48,021 nt of DNA from Escherichia phage vB_Eco_CWW26, in the sequence record PQ900155.1, one strand, 5' to 3'. The notes under the pieces are model-generated. The model was given only the letters and a program-made list of their open reading frames with translations. It did not search any database and was not told the origin of the DNA. The position numbers were made by a program, and so were the translations under genes. Each line of letters opens with the position of its first letter. Position 1 is the first letter of the stretch. This document shows positions 37,316-45,961 of the stretch, one piece after another.

Positions 37316-38350
37316 TCACTCCCCCAAATGCGCTTTAACACGTGCCACAAACGGACCGATTTTATCCGGGTGGGCGTTCAGTTCCTGCACCGACGACATA
37401 CCGTCCTGCGCCAGCAGCGTGTTCACCGTTGCCACATCAATCTTACCGTGACGCTCGGTCAGGAAGGTCATGAGGCGTGGGAAGTCCCAGTCGGTTACTT
37501 CCGGTACAGGCGGTGCAACAACTACCGGCGGCGGTACAGGTTTCTCGTATGCAGGAGCACCACCGTGACCATTTTCACACGTTACGCCGCTGGGCGATGA
37601 AAATTGAGGTTTCATGCACACTGAACACAGGTCACCAGTTTCAGGATGTGTCACTTCCGATTTCCAGTCATCAGTAGGAGGCGGCACAGGAAGTGGCGGA
37701 ATACCTGCAACGGTCTGCTCGGTTACCACGCCAGCGTCAGTGTGGAAGTCATCGGCCGGAGGTGTTACCGATGGTTCAGGAGTGACGCAAATATGTGGAG
37801 TTCCGTGATGGTCACAACCTTCATCAATGCACAATTCTTCACCGGATGGTGTCACCGGTACAGGTTCTTGAGGGAAACGTAATTCATCCTGTACTCGCTG
37901 AATAGTTGCCGCCCACTGCTCCTCATCCATGCCCTTCGGCTTACGACGCAGACGCCACGTACCGTCCGCATTAAGCGCCTTACTGGTGGAGTGGATACGC
38001 TCGTCCCACGGTGTACCGGTTGAGTCGGTAGTGGGTGGGTCGATATCCGGTTTAACTGGTACGCACAATTCAACCATTTCGCGAGTTACTTCAATACTTC
38101 TCCCGTCACGGGGAGCCAGCGACTCAACCTGTTGAGCAGTCGTGTCGACTTCCGGCTCATCCATCATTTGTGGCGCGGATTGTTGCAGTAATTCAGTGCT
38201 GATAACCAATGGGGTTACGGTCACATCGACTGGGTGACCATCTTTTTTGCTGGCAATTTCGATAAGCGCTTTACCGAATTGAAGCAATGCGATGGTATCG
38301 TCGTTCGGGATGGTTAAAGTGATAAGGTTGGTCATTGTTCTACGCTCCAT
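37316..38350 (-). CDS. modular Pro-rich zinc-binding replication-module protein
   Basis: 344 aa; Cys/His clusters CIDEGCDHHGTPHIC and CSVCMK...CENGHGG; contains GTPWDERIH also found in the polymerase C-terminus. Confidence 0.5.
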   Translation of the reverse strand: MERRTMTNLITLTIPNDDTIALLQFGKALIEIASKKDGHPVDVTVTPLVISTELLQQSAPQMMDEPEVDTTAQQVESLAPRDGRSIEVTREMVELCVPVKPDIDPPTTDSTGTPWDERIHSTSKALNADGTWRLRRKPKGMDEEQWAATIQRVQDELRFPQEPVPVTPSGEELCIDEGCDHHGTPHICVTPEPSVTPPADDFHTDAGVVTEQTVAGIPPLPVPPPTDDWKSEVTHPETGDLCSVCMKPQFSSPSGVTCENGHGGAPAYEKPVPPPVVVAPPVPEVTDWDFPRLMTFLTERHGKIDVATVNTLLAQDGMSSVQELNAHPDKIGPFVARVKAHLGE

Positions 38351-38622
38351 AATAAAGTTTCTTCAATCACTTCGAATTCGATTTCATCAACGTAACCGGT
38401 TTCCCAGTCTGTACCGACATTTAAGTTGCATTTCCACTTGTAAACGCCGGGAATTTTATCTTCTACCTCAAACGGTAAACCGATTTCCTCAGCGTTGCCG
38501 GGGTCAAGCAAGCTGTAATGAATGTTGGGGGTTTTAAGAATTGTAACTGTGCCCCATTTATCAACCGCCACGATCCACTCGGACCCGTTGGGTGAGTCGT
38601 ATTGTTCATCATTTTCTTGCAT
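38332..38622 (-). CDS. small highly acidic protein (96 aa)
   Basis: About 21 Asp/Glu versus about 5 Lys/Arg; ATG at 38622 with GGAGGA SD; first gene after the promoter. Confidence 0.45.
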   Translation of the reverse strand: MQENDEQYDSPNGSEWIVAVDKWGTVTILKTPNIHYSLLDPGNAEEIGLPFEVEDKIPGVYKWKCNLNVGTDWETGYVDEIEFEVIEETLLWSVEQ

Positions 38623-38654
38623 CTCTCTGTCCTCCATTGTTGTCGATGTGGTGA

Positions 38655-38683
38655 ACTCTATATCACCATGACGCAACCGTCAA
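38655..38683 (-). promoter_or_regulatory. sigma70-like promoter, palindromic -35 (leftward)
   Basis: Minus strand TTGACG-gttgcgtcatggtgata-TAGAGT; + strand palindrome ATGACGCAACCGTCAA 38668-38683. Confidence 0.5.
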
Positions 38684-38697
38684 CACTAATTTTAAAT

Positions 38698-38726
38698 TTG
38701 ACACGGGGTGGGTGGTGCGACATAAT
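38698..38726 (+). promoter_or_regulatory. sigma70-like promoter (rightward)
   Basis: TTGACA-cggggtgggtggtgcga-CATAAT (17-bp spacer), about 35 bp upstream of ATG 38761. Confidence 0.55.
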
Positions 38727-38760
38727 GACGCCATCGTCAATAGTTGAGAGGAAGTGAGAG

Positions 38761-38964
38761 ATGAGTAATATTAAACCCGGCAAAGACCTTGCACCTTACT
38801 GTCATTTTAGACCGATGACGTACCATCAATGCGACAGCCGTTGCGACGATTATTATGATGGATGGGAATGTGACTTCTGTGGTCACGTTATCCCCGCTCC
38901 AGAATGGAATGCAAAGTTAAAAGTAAAATATGACGGTGGGGATTTAACCAATGACACAAATTAA
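38761..38964 (+). CDS. small Cys-rich protein (67 aa)
   Basis: ORF track; GAGAGGAAGTGAGAG SD; CHF...CDSRCDD...CDFCGH. Confidence 0.45.
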   Translation: MSNIKPGKDLAPYCHFRPMTYHQCDSRCDDYYDGWECDFCGHVIPAPEWNAKLKVKYDGGDLTNDTN

Positions 38965-39124
38965 ACAACTGCTCCGGCCATCTTACGGCTGGTACAACTC
39001 GGTCAGTAAGAAGGATAAGTGGTTTCTCGACGATGTGCAGATACCGATGTATGTGGCACGTAAACTAATCAGAAAAGCACGTATGGTCGAGTCGAACGAC
39101 GTGCGCAAAGTGTGGGAGATGTAG
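38951..39124 (+). CDS. hypothetical small protein (57 aa)
   Basis: Hand-translated MTQIKQLLRPSYGWYNSVSKKDKWFLDD...; overlaps neighbours in a coupled array. Confidence 0.3.
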   Translation: MTQIKQLLRPSYGWYNSVSKKDKWFLDDVQIPMYVARKLIRKARMVESNDVRKVWEM

Positions 39125-39126
39125 AG

Positions 39127-39315
39127 ATGGGAACAGGGCGTATACGAGCCGCTTTACAAGCTATCGATGTCGAACTGAAGATATGTGAACTCGGTGTCAT
39201 AGGGTGGAGTCATTTTTATGATACTCCGTTAAAGAAAAAGAAAAGACAGCTTAAAGCTCACACGAAGGGATTAATAAATCACGACAGGATTATCACGTGG
39301 AGCGACCGTAAATGA
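39127..39315 (+). CDS. hypothetical small protein (62 aa)
   Basis: ATG at 39127 within ORF-track frame 39112..39315; stop overlaps the helicase ATG. Confidence 0.35.
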   Translation: MGTGRIRAALQAIDVELKICELGVIGWSHFYDTPLKKKKRQLKAHTKGLINHDRIITWSDRK

Positions 39316-40955
39316 TACCAACACTCCGACCCTATCAGGAAAAACTGGTCAAAGACACGTACCAGCAGTGGGACGCCGGTAAGCAGTTTGTGGCAATGGT
39401 GAGCGCTACCGGCTCCGGCAAGTCAATGACCCTGACCGCTATTGTCGCAAAAGAGCGTGACCGGGGTCAGTATGTGCTGGTGCTGGCGCATCGTCAGGAG
39501 CTTATAACACAGTTGAGCGACACGATGGGACGTATGGAAATCCGCCACCAGGTTATCGCTGCTAATAAAGTGGTACGCTTCGCCGCTAAACAGTCGATGG
39601 AAAACCACGGGGTTAATTATGTTGACCCGAATGCGCGGGTAATGGTTGCGTCCGTACAATCAATGCGTGAGGCTAAAATTGCTGACCTGGCAAAGCTGGG
39701 TAATAAGCTGACCGTTGTGCAGGATGAATTCCACCATGCCACGAAGAAATCGAAGACCTGGGGAGGTGTGCTGACACCCCTGCTTAACGCTGGTGCACGC
39801 GGACTTGGACCGACCGCCACACCTTGTCGTGCGGATGGACAGGGTTTATCACGCGAGACGGACGGTTACGCGGATGTGATTGTTGAAGGTCCGTCAATGC
39901 GCTGGCTTATCGACAACGGATATCTTAGTCAGTACAAAATTTACTGCCCGCCGACCGACCTACAACTGGATAACGTGGAAACCAGTAAAACCACGGGGGA
40001 CTATAAAGAGAAGGAACTCAAAGCGGAGATTGGGCGTTCACATATCGTCGGCGACATTGTGAGTCACTATCTCAAAATCTGCCCGGGTAAACGCGGCATC
40101 ACCTTTACCGTCGGCGTGGATACGGCAGAGGAAGTAGCGGAAGAATATCGTAAGCGTGGTGTACCAGCAATTGCATTGTCCGGGCGCAATGCAGATGAAG
40201 AACGTGTACAGGCTATCCGTGATTTGAAGTCTGGAAAGATTTTGCAAATTGTTAATGATTCGTTAATAGGGGAAGGAGTGGACATTCCCGCAGTGGAAGT
40301 AGTGTCTTTCGCCAGACCGACACAGAGTTATGCACTTTATGCACAAATGTTCGGTCGTGCGCTGCGTCCGTTCGAGGGAAAATCACACGCTATCATTATC
40401 GACGCAGTATCAAACGTCATGCGCCACGGTTTACCGGATGCACCGCGTGAGTGGAGTCTTGACCGTCGGGAGCGTCGCACGGGTAAAAGTGAACCATCGA
40501 CGGTGCGCGTGTGTACAGCTTGCGCGGCAGTGTATGAGCGGTTCCGTGACGCATGTCCGGACTGCGGTGAGCCTGTACCTAAACCGGCGCAACGTAGTGG
40601 TCCAGAGTTTGTAGACGGTGACCTTTACGAGCTTGACCCGGACGTACTGGCGCAGATGCGTAATGAGGTTGTGGGGGCACGTGAGACACCCGAGGCAATG
40701 CGTGACAGACTGACCGCACAACATGCGCCGCCTGCTGGAGTAATGGCTAACGTCAAACGTCAGAGAGAAAGGCTTGACGCGCTCGTCAAATTGGACCTAA
40801 AATTAGCGGAGTGGGCCGGGTATCGTCGTGCGGAAGGTCTGAGCGACAATGAAATATTTCGCAAGTTTTACCTGACGTATGGCGTGTCATGGCTGGAGGC
40901 GCAGGCGCTCAAATCGGCTGATGCGGATAAATTAAGAGAGAGGATTGGGTTATGA
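39312..40955 (+). CDS. SF2 DNA helicase (DEAD/DEAH-like)
   Basis: Walker A SATGSGKS; motif II VVQDEFHH; C-terminal zinc-ribbon-like CTACAAVYERFRDACPDCGEP. Confidence 0.65.
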   Translation: MIPTLRPYQEKLVKDTYQQWDAGKQFVAMVSATGSGKSMTLTAIVAKERDRGQYVLVLAHRQELITQLSDTMGRMEIRHQVIAANKVVRFAAKQSMENHGVNYVDPNARVMVASVQSMREAKIADLAKLGNKLTVVQDEFHHATKKSKTWGGVLTPLLNAGARGLGPTATPCRADGQGLSRETDGYADVIVEGPSMRWLIDNGYLSQYKIYCPPTDLQLDNVETSKTTGDYKEKELKAEIGRSHIVGDIVSHYLKICPGKRGITFTVGVDTAEEVAEEYRKRGVPAIALSGRNADEERVQAIRDLKSGKILQIVNDSLIGEGVDIPAVEVVSFARPTQSYALYAQMFGRALRPFEGKSHAIIIDAVSNVMRHGLPDAPREWSLDRRERRTGKSEPSTVRVCTACAAVYERFRDACPDCGEPVPKPAQRSGPEFVDGDLYELDPDVLAQMRNEVVGARETPEAMRDRLTAQHAPPAGVMANVKRQRERLDALVKLDLKLAEWAGYRRAEGLSDNEIFRKFYLTYGVSWLEAQALKSADADKLRERIGL

Positions 40956-41251
40956 GCAATATGTGCGACTGTCATTCCTGTGGTCTAAGAAGTAGTGCGG
41001 CACCCGAAAAGAACAAGGAATACGAAAAAATAATCAATATGTTAATCGACTCTGGTGGGGAGAAACAACTTGTTGAGTTAATTAGAATTTTTACGAATAA
41101 AATTTCCACGGAAATATCCACATCTCGTGGTCCGAATCTGCTTGCATATGAAAACAAAGAATTAGCACGAGTAGATGTAATTACGCGGGCAGCTGAACAA
41201 TTGAAAAGTCTTCTCACCTCTCGCATTCAGGATGGGGGTGACACAAAATGA
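40952..41251 (+). CDS. hypothetical protein (99 aa, AT-rich codons)
   Basis: ORF track; ATGA overlap with helicase. Confidence 0.4.
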   Translation: MSNMCDCHSCGLRSSAAPEKNKEYEKIINMLIDSGGEKQLVELIRIFTNKISTEISTSRGPNLLAYENKELARVDVITRAAEQLKSLLTSRIQDGGDTK

Positions 41252-41721
41252 CACCAACACTTCTCGAATGGCAACGTAAGCACGGTATCACGGCTGAGGC
41301 GCTGGCTGACCTTGTGACAATGGTGGGACTGGATGTCCCACGCTCAACCAAAGATACGCCCGAAGCGCGTGTACAGGATGAGGCGCGACTGCTGGCAAGT
41401 AAGATGGGCTGGCGACTTTTTCGCAATAATGTGGGTGTCCTGAAGGATGAGCGGGGTGTACCGGTACGTTACGGTATCGCAAATGACTCCCCGGCGATGA
41501 ACAAACGTATCAAGTCAAGCGACCTCATCGGCATTCGCCCCGTGGTTATCACACCCGATATGGTCGGGTCAACCATTGGTCAGTTTGTGGCGCGTGAGGT
41601 GAAAAAAGCCGGGTGGAAGTATAAAGGTACGGAACACGAAAAGGCACAGCTCGCATTTGGGACGCTGATTATCGGGCTGGGCGGTGATTTTAAATTTTAT
41701 AGTGGTGAGGGGGAATTGTGA
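41248..41721 (+). CDS. VRR-NUC domain nuclease
   Basis: LFRNNVGV...RYGIANDSPAM...SDLIGIRP...QFVAREVKKAG matches VRR-NUC (PD-(D/E)xK). Confidence 0.6.
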   Translation: MTPTLLEWQRKHGITAEALADLVTMVGLDVPRSTKDTPEARVQDEARLLASKMGWRLFRNNVGVLKDERGVPVRYGIANDSPAMNKRIKSSDLIGIRPVVITPDMVGSTIGQFVAREVKKAGWKYKGTEHEKAQLAFGTLIIGLGGDFKFYSGEGEL

Positions 41722-41996
41722 TGGCTGTTATTACACTTGAGCAAATTATCGAACTTCAATATCGAAGACACAACAACGTGTCGAATCAACAATTCAAACA
41801 ACTTAACGGAAAATATTCTTCCAGAGGTTTGAGAAATGCGCACCGTTACGCCGATATTGAGCGCCACAAATGTTGGCCACGCGGTAAAACTTATTACCGT
41901 CTCTACCGTCGCCAGATGAATCCACACATCAACTTTACTGTTTCACCGGGTCATCCGGACAGATATAAACACATGTCGTTGCGGATGTGGAGTTGA
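41718..41996 (+). CDS. hypothetical basic protein (92 aa)
   Basis: ORF track; ATGA overlap with VRR-NUC gene. Confidence 0.4.
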   Translation: MMAVITLEQIIELQYRRHNNVSNQQFKQLNGKYSSRGLRNAHRYADIERHKCWPRGKTYYRLYRRQMNPHINFTVSPGHPDRYKHMSLRMWS

Positions 41997-42050
41997 CCAC
42001 TCCGTCAACCTGTGCCATACTGCAACAAATTACCTAATGGAACCGAACTC

Positions 42051-42329
42051 ATGAGCAAAGAGCATATTTTAGAAGTAGCTTACACGATGGCACAGCGCGA
42101 CGGCTTTGGTACTCTTACCCGCGATGGTGTCGCTGCCGAGGCTGGTGTGGCGATGGGAAGCGTTAACCATCACTGGGGTAAGATGTCCGCACTTCGTGAA
42201 GCAGTGATGCAACGGGCGGTAGAAGAAGAAAACCTCGAATTGATTGGGCAGGGGATGGCGCTGGGTGATAGCGTTGCCAAATCCGCCCCACTGGAGCTAC
42301 GCACACGCGCGTTGACAACCCTGCTTTAA
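42051..42329 (+). CDS. small HTH protein (TetR-type N-terminal HTH, no ligand domain)
   Basis: SKEHILEVAYTMAQRDGFGTLTRDGVAAEAGVAMGSVNHHWGKMSALREAV fits the TetR HTH pattern; ATG at 42051 (ORF-track frame 42012). Confidence 0.45.
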   Translation: MSKEHILEVAYTMAQRDGFGTLTRDGVAAEAGVAMGSVNHHWGKMSALREAVMQRAVEEENLELIGQGMALGDSVAKSAPLELRTRALTTLL

Positions 42330-42353
42330 TAACTAAAACAGAGAGAGACAGAG

Positions 42354-44711
42354 ATGACACATGTGAATCCCCCGGTGCAGGGGGCCGATTCCCTGCACTT
42401 TATCGTCTGCAAAACAGTATCTTCACAGAAGAAGCCCGGGCGCACGGAGAAGATGCCATGTAATGCCGCTGGTGATGTAGTCAGTCTGCACGTTGCGGAC
42501 CGTATGACTCATGCTCAGGCGGTTGCGGCGGCTTCTGCACTGGGTGAGTCATATCGCCCCGCAGTCATTCTCACGGGTGACGGTCGTTTCTGCGTGGATA
42601 TCGACGGTGCACTACAGGATGATAACACCTGGTCACCGCTCGCGCTGGAGTTGTGCACCACTTTTGCCGGTTGTTACGTGGAAGTGAGTAACAGCGGTAA
42701 AGGCTTGCACATTTTTGGTTACAGTCCGTCCATCCCTGAGCATAGCTGTAAAAATATTTCGCTGCACATCGAACTGTACACGTCTGACCGTTTTATCTGT
42801 CTGGGAAGTGGTGCACGGGGTGACATGATGTTTAACGCGTCTGTACCACTCAACGCCACGGTTGCACGTTATTTCCCACAGACCGAGCAAGTTACGGCGA
42901 CGGAATGGACCACAACTCACGTCGAAGGCTCATGTCCGATTGAGGACGATGCGAAACTCATCGAAAAAGCCTGTTCGAGTAAAGGTGGTGTCGCGGCTGT
43001 TTTCGGTGGCAAAGCAACATTCAAAGACCTGTGGACGCGTAATGTTGAGGTACTGAGTGATGCGTATCCAGATGAGGACCGCGAGTATGACGGGTCGAGC
43101 GCCGATGCCGCACTGGCCCAACATTTATCGTTCTGGACCGGTGGTAACTGTGAACGTATCGAACGCCTGATGTGTCTGTCTGCGCTGGCACGTCCTAAAT
43201 GGGACAGTCACAAATCGTACATGCGACGTACCATTCTGGGTGCTTGCGCGCGTCAGACAACTTATTACAGTGTCGGCGCACCGATTGAACTGGTGACCCC
43301 TGCTCAGGTCATTGAGACGGGTGCACCAGTTATCCGCAGTGGGTATCAATTTATTGGTGGCTCGCAGCTTGTTGACCACTTCAAAGGTTGTGTATATGTG
43401 GCAGACAGTCACCGTATTCTCACCCCCAACGGTCAGATGCTGAAGTCTGAGCAGTTTAACGCGATGTACGGTGGCTATGTGTTTGCGCTGGATGATGGTA
43501 ATGAGAAGACCACTAAAAAGGCTTTCGAAGCGTTCACCGAGAACCAGTGTATCATGTTTCCGAAAGTTGACCGCTCAACGTTCCGTCCGGACCTGCCGCA
43601 GGGTGCTATCATCGAAGAAGATGGTCTGCGTCATGTCAACGCATACGTACCGGTGACAGTAGCAAGCGTCCCGGGCGATGTGACACCTTTCCTTACTCAT
43701 CTGGCCAAACTGTTACCCGTCGAGCGTGACCGCGACATCCTGCTGTCCTACATGGCAGCATGCGTACAGTACAAAGGGACCAAGTTCAAATGGGCACCAT
43801 TGTTGCAGGGCGTCGAGGGTAACGGTAAAACACTGTTCACACTGTGCGTAATGGAAGCGGTTGGTTCACGCTACAGCCACATGCCGCCAGCGCAGGAAAT
43901 CGGTGAGAAGTTCAACGCCTGGCTGTTCGATAAAATATTTATCGGCGTGGAAGATATTTACGTTCCGGAGCAGAAACTTGAACTGATTGAAACACTCAAG
44001 CCAATGATTACCGGTGAGTACCTCGCTAAGCGTGCGATGCAGCAGGACCAGGTAATGCACCGCCTGTGTGCTAACTTCATGTTTAACAGTAACCACAAGA
44101 ACGCCGTGCGCAAGACCGCTAATGACCGCCGGTTCGCTATTTTCTACACCGCGCAGCAGGAGCATATGGACATTGTGCGCGATGGCATGGGTGGCGACTA
44201 CTTCCCCAACCTGTACGACTGGCTCAAACGTGGCGGTGGATTTGCAGCCGTAACGCATTATCTGGAGAACTACGCCATTCCCGCACAACTTAACCCGGCG
44301 ACACATTGTCAGCGTGCCCCGGAAACAAGTAGCACCCATGAGGCTGTGACAGCATCGCTCGGTAGTGTCGAGCAGGAAATCATGGAAGCAATCGACGAGG
44401 GTCGCCAGGGCTTTGCGGGCGGTTGGGTGAGTAGTAAGGCACTGGATAATCTGTTACGCCAGATGCGCGCTGACCGCGCTGTACCGGTAGGTAAACGTCG
44501 TGACATGATGCGTCAACTGGGTTACGACTGGCACCCGGCGCTTAAAGACGGACGTGTGAACAATGTGATAATGATTGACGGTGGTAAGCCGCGGTTGTAC
44601 ATCAAGATTGGACACATTCACGCTAACCTCACAAATGCGGCGGACGTGGCGCGCCATTACGCAGCGGCACAGGGTGATACAAGTGCGTTAGCCTTTGCAG
44701 AAACTAAATAA
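42354..44711 (+). CDS. primase-polymerase (AEP) fused to SF3/D5-like helicase
   Basis: AEP motifs CVDIDG and SNSGKGLHIFG in N-terminal half; Walker A GVEGNGKT in C-terminal half. Confidence 0.65.
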   Translation: MTHVNPPVQGADSLHFIVCKTVSSQKKPGRTEKMPCNAAGDVVSLHVADRMTHAQAVAAASALGESYRPAVILTGDGRFCVDIDGALQDDNTWSPLALELCTTFAGCYVEVSNSGKGLHIFGYSPSIPEHSCKNISLHIELYTSDRFICLGSGARGDMMFNASVPLNATVARYFPQTEQVTATEWTTTHVEGSCPIEDDAKLIEKACSSKGGVAAVFGGKATFKDLWTRNVEVLSDAYPDEDREYDGSSADAALAQHLSFWTGGNCERIERLMCLSALARPKWDSHKSYMRRTILGACARQTTYYSVGAPIELVTPAQVIETGAPVIRSGYQFIGGSQLVDHFKGCVYVADSHRILTPNGQMLKSEQFNAMYGGYVFALDDGNEKTTKKAFEAFTENQCIMFPKVDRSTFRPDLPQGAIIEEDGLRHVNAYVPVTVASVPGDVTPFLTHLAKLLPVERDRDILLSYMAACVQYKGTKFKWAPLLQGVEGNGKTLFTLCVMEAVGSRYSHMPPAQEIGEKFNAWLFDKIFIGVEDIYVPEQKLELIETLKPMITGEYLAKRAMQQDQVMHRLCANFMFNSNHKNAVRKTANDRRFAIFYTAQQEHMDIVRDGMGGDYFPNLYDWLKRGGGFAAVTHYLENYAIPAQLNPATHCQRAPETSSTHEAVTASLGSVEQEIMEAIDEGRQGFAGGWVSSKALDNLLRQMRADRAVPVGKRRDMMRQLGYDWHPALKDGRVNNVIMIDGGKPRLYIKIGHIHANLTNAADVARHYAAAQGDTSALAFAETK

Positions 44712-44735
44712 GCCCTTCGGGGCTTTTTTTTTTTT
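44711..44735 (+). terminator. rho-independent terminator after primase-helicase
   Basis: AGCCC-TTCG-GGGCT followed by T12. Confidence 0.75.
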
Positions 44736-44745
44736 GCAATTAGTG

Positions 44746-44774
44746 TTGACGAGTTCGTCAATGGGGAGTATAGT
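44746..44774 (+). promoter_or_regulatory. sigma70-like promoter, palindromic -35 (rightward)
   Basis: TTGACG-agttcgtcaatggggag-TATAGT (17-bp spacer); palindrome TTGACGAGTTCGTCAA 44746-44761; about 30 bp upstream of ATG 44805. Confidence 0.65.
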
Positions 44775-44804
44775 TAGTTCATCGACAACAGAGAGGTGAT
44801 GAAG

Positions 44805-44912
44805 ATGAGCAAGAAAACACAATTTTCAGTAAGCAACTACCATAACGAGCACGTCATGCGCTGGCACTGGCAGAAACTCAAAGAGCGCTACCTGGCAACG
44901 CAGGGTAAATAA
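44805..44912 (+). CDS. hypothetical small protein (35 aa)
   Basis: Hand-translated MSKKTQFSVSNYHNEHVMRWHWQKLKERYLATQGK; GAGAGGTGA SD; followed by hairpin GCGCCAC-CGAA-GTGGCGC. Confidence 0.35.
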   Translation: MSKKTQFSVSNYHNEHVMRWHWQKLKERYLATQGK

Positions 44913-44956
44913 ATAACATAGCGCCACCGAAGTGGCGCATAACCAGAGATAAGACC

Positions 44957-45130
44957 ATGAAAAACATTATCAATCATCACAAATTGTCTGACCTTCTGCG
45001 TGATATGACCGAGGTTCAGGCGTTGAACGCACTGTCACGTATGCGCACACAAGCTGACCGGGAGGGACTGTGTGTCACTCGTCTCATTGTTGAAGGTAAA
45101 GTTGTGGAGCAATGGATATGGAAACATTGA
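44957..45130 (+). CDS. hypothetical small protein (57 aa)
   Basis: Hand-translated MKNIINHHKLSDLLRDMTEVQALNALSRMRTQADREGLCVTRLIVEGK...; weak SD. Confidence 0.3.
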   Translation: MKNIINHHKLSDLLRDMTEVQALNALSRMRTQADREGLCVTRLIVEGKVVEQWIWKH

Positions 45131-45333
45131 GTTATTGTCAGCTGATGGAGCGCATGTTAGCGGCTGAAGCGCGGGTGGTGGAACTGGAGAAATATAAAGC
45201 TGCATTTATAACGTGGCAAGACAAAACAGAATGGGTACAGAAGGATTCACGCTTTGACATTTTATTACCCTGGGGTAAACATCGCGCGGACGTACTGAAA
45301 GAGTACATTGAATTGCTGGAGCGTAAACCATGA
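45112..45333 (+). CDS. hypothetical protein (73 aa)
   Basis: ORF track; coupled (ATGA) to downstream gene. Confidence 0.4.
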   Translation: MDMETLSYCQLMERMLAAEARVVELEKYKAAFITWQDKTEWVQKDSRFDILLPWGKHRADVLKEYIELLERKP

Positions 45334-45626
45334 TTAAATATTTACCACTTGTAGCGCTCCTGGTGGGCGCTCAGGTTAACGCAGCTGTTACTGCTGAAAC
45401 AAATGAGTCACAGGTTGCTAACCTGCTCTTTAACGGCTGTAGCGCTCAACGTGCACAAATGGGCGTACAGGAAATTATTAAACAGGCTAACCCCGGCGGC
45501 AATCCAGCAGTGACTGACCTTATCATCAAAGGTTACAAGTTCGGCATTGATTACCCGAACGTCGGATGTAACCAGTTCTTCACGGTTGTCATTGACCAGT
45601 TAGTTAAAAGCCGGAGTAAAGCGTAA
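45330..45626 (+). CDS. small secreted / periplasmic protein with signal peptide
   Basis: MIKYLPLVALLVGAQVNAAVTAE signal-peptide-like N-terminus; two Cys in mature part. Confidence 0.45.
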   Translation: MIKYLPLVALLVGAQVNAAVTAETNESQVANLLFNGCSAQRAQMGVQEIIKQANPGGNPAVTDLIIKGYKFGIDYPNVGCNQFFTVVIDQLVKSRSKA

Positions 45627-45961
45627 TGACTGTACCAGTATTCATTGAAGTATCTGGAGGATACAACAGGCCACCAGTATTGTGCGAATTCGTGATAACC
45701 AAAATGGGGCGGAAATACGCATACGGGTACCGTACGGATATTCCCTATAAAATCGAAGAAAAAATCGACATTGATAACTGGTGGTACTCGCGTGAAGAGT
45801 ACGAACACGAAGTAGTCCGACGGAAATTAGCTGACGCAATAAAGAAGCGATTAAGCGAGTTCATGGGACTGGAATCAATAACGCGCGCATCTGCTTCTGA
45901 TTTACACGGATTAGTTTTGCAACTGAAGAAATGTGGGATAGAGGTGAAATTTGATGATTAG
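45626..45961 (+). CDS. hypothetical protein (111 aa)
   Basis: ORF track; start overlaps upstream stop. Confidence 0.4.
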   Translation: MTVPVFIEVSGGYNRPPVLCEFVITKMGRKYAYGYRTDIPYKIEEKIDIDNWWYSREEYEHEVVRRKLADAIKKRLSEFMGLESITRASASDLHGLVLQLKKCGIEVKFDD

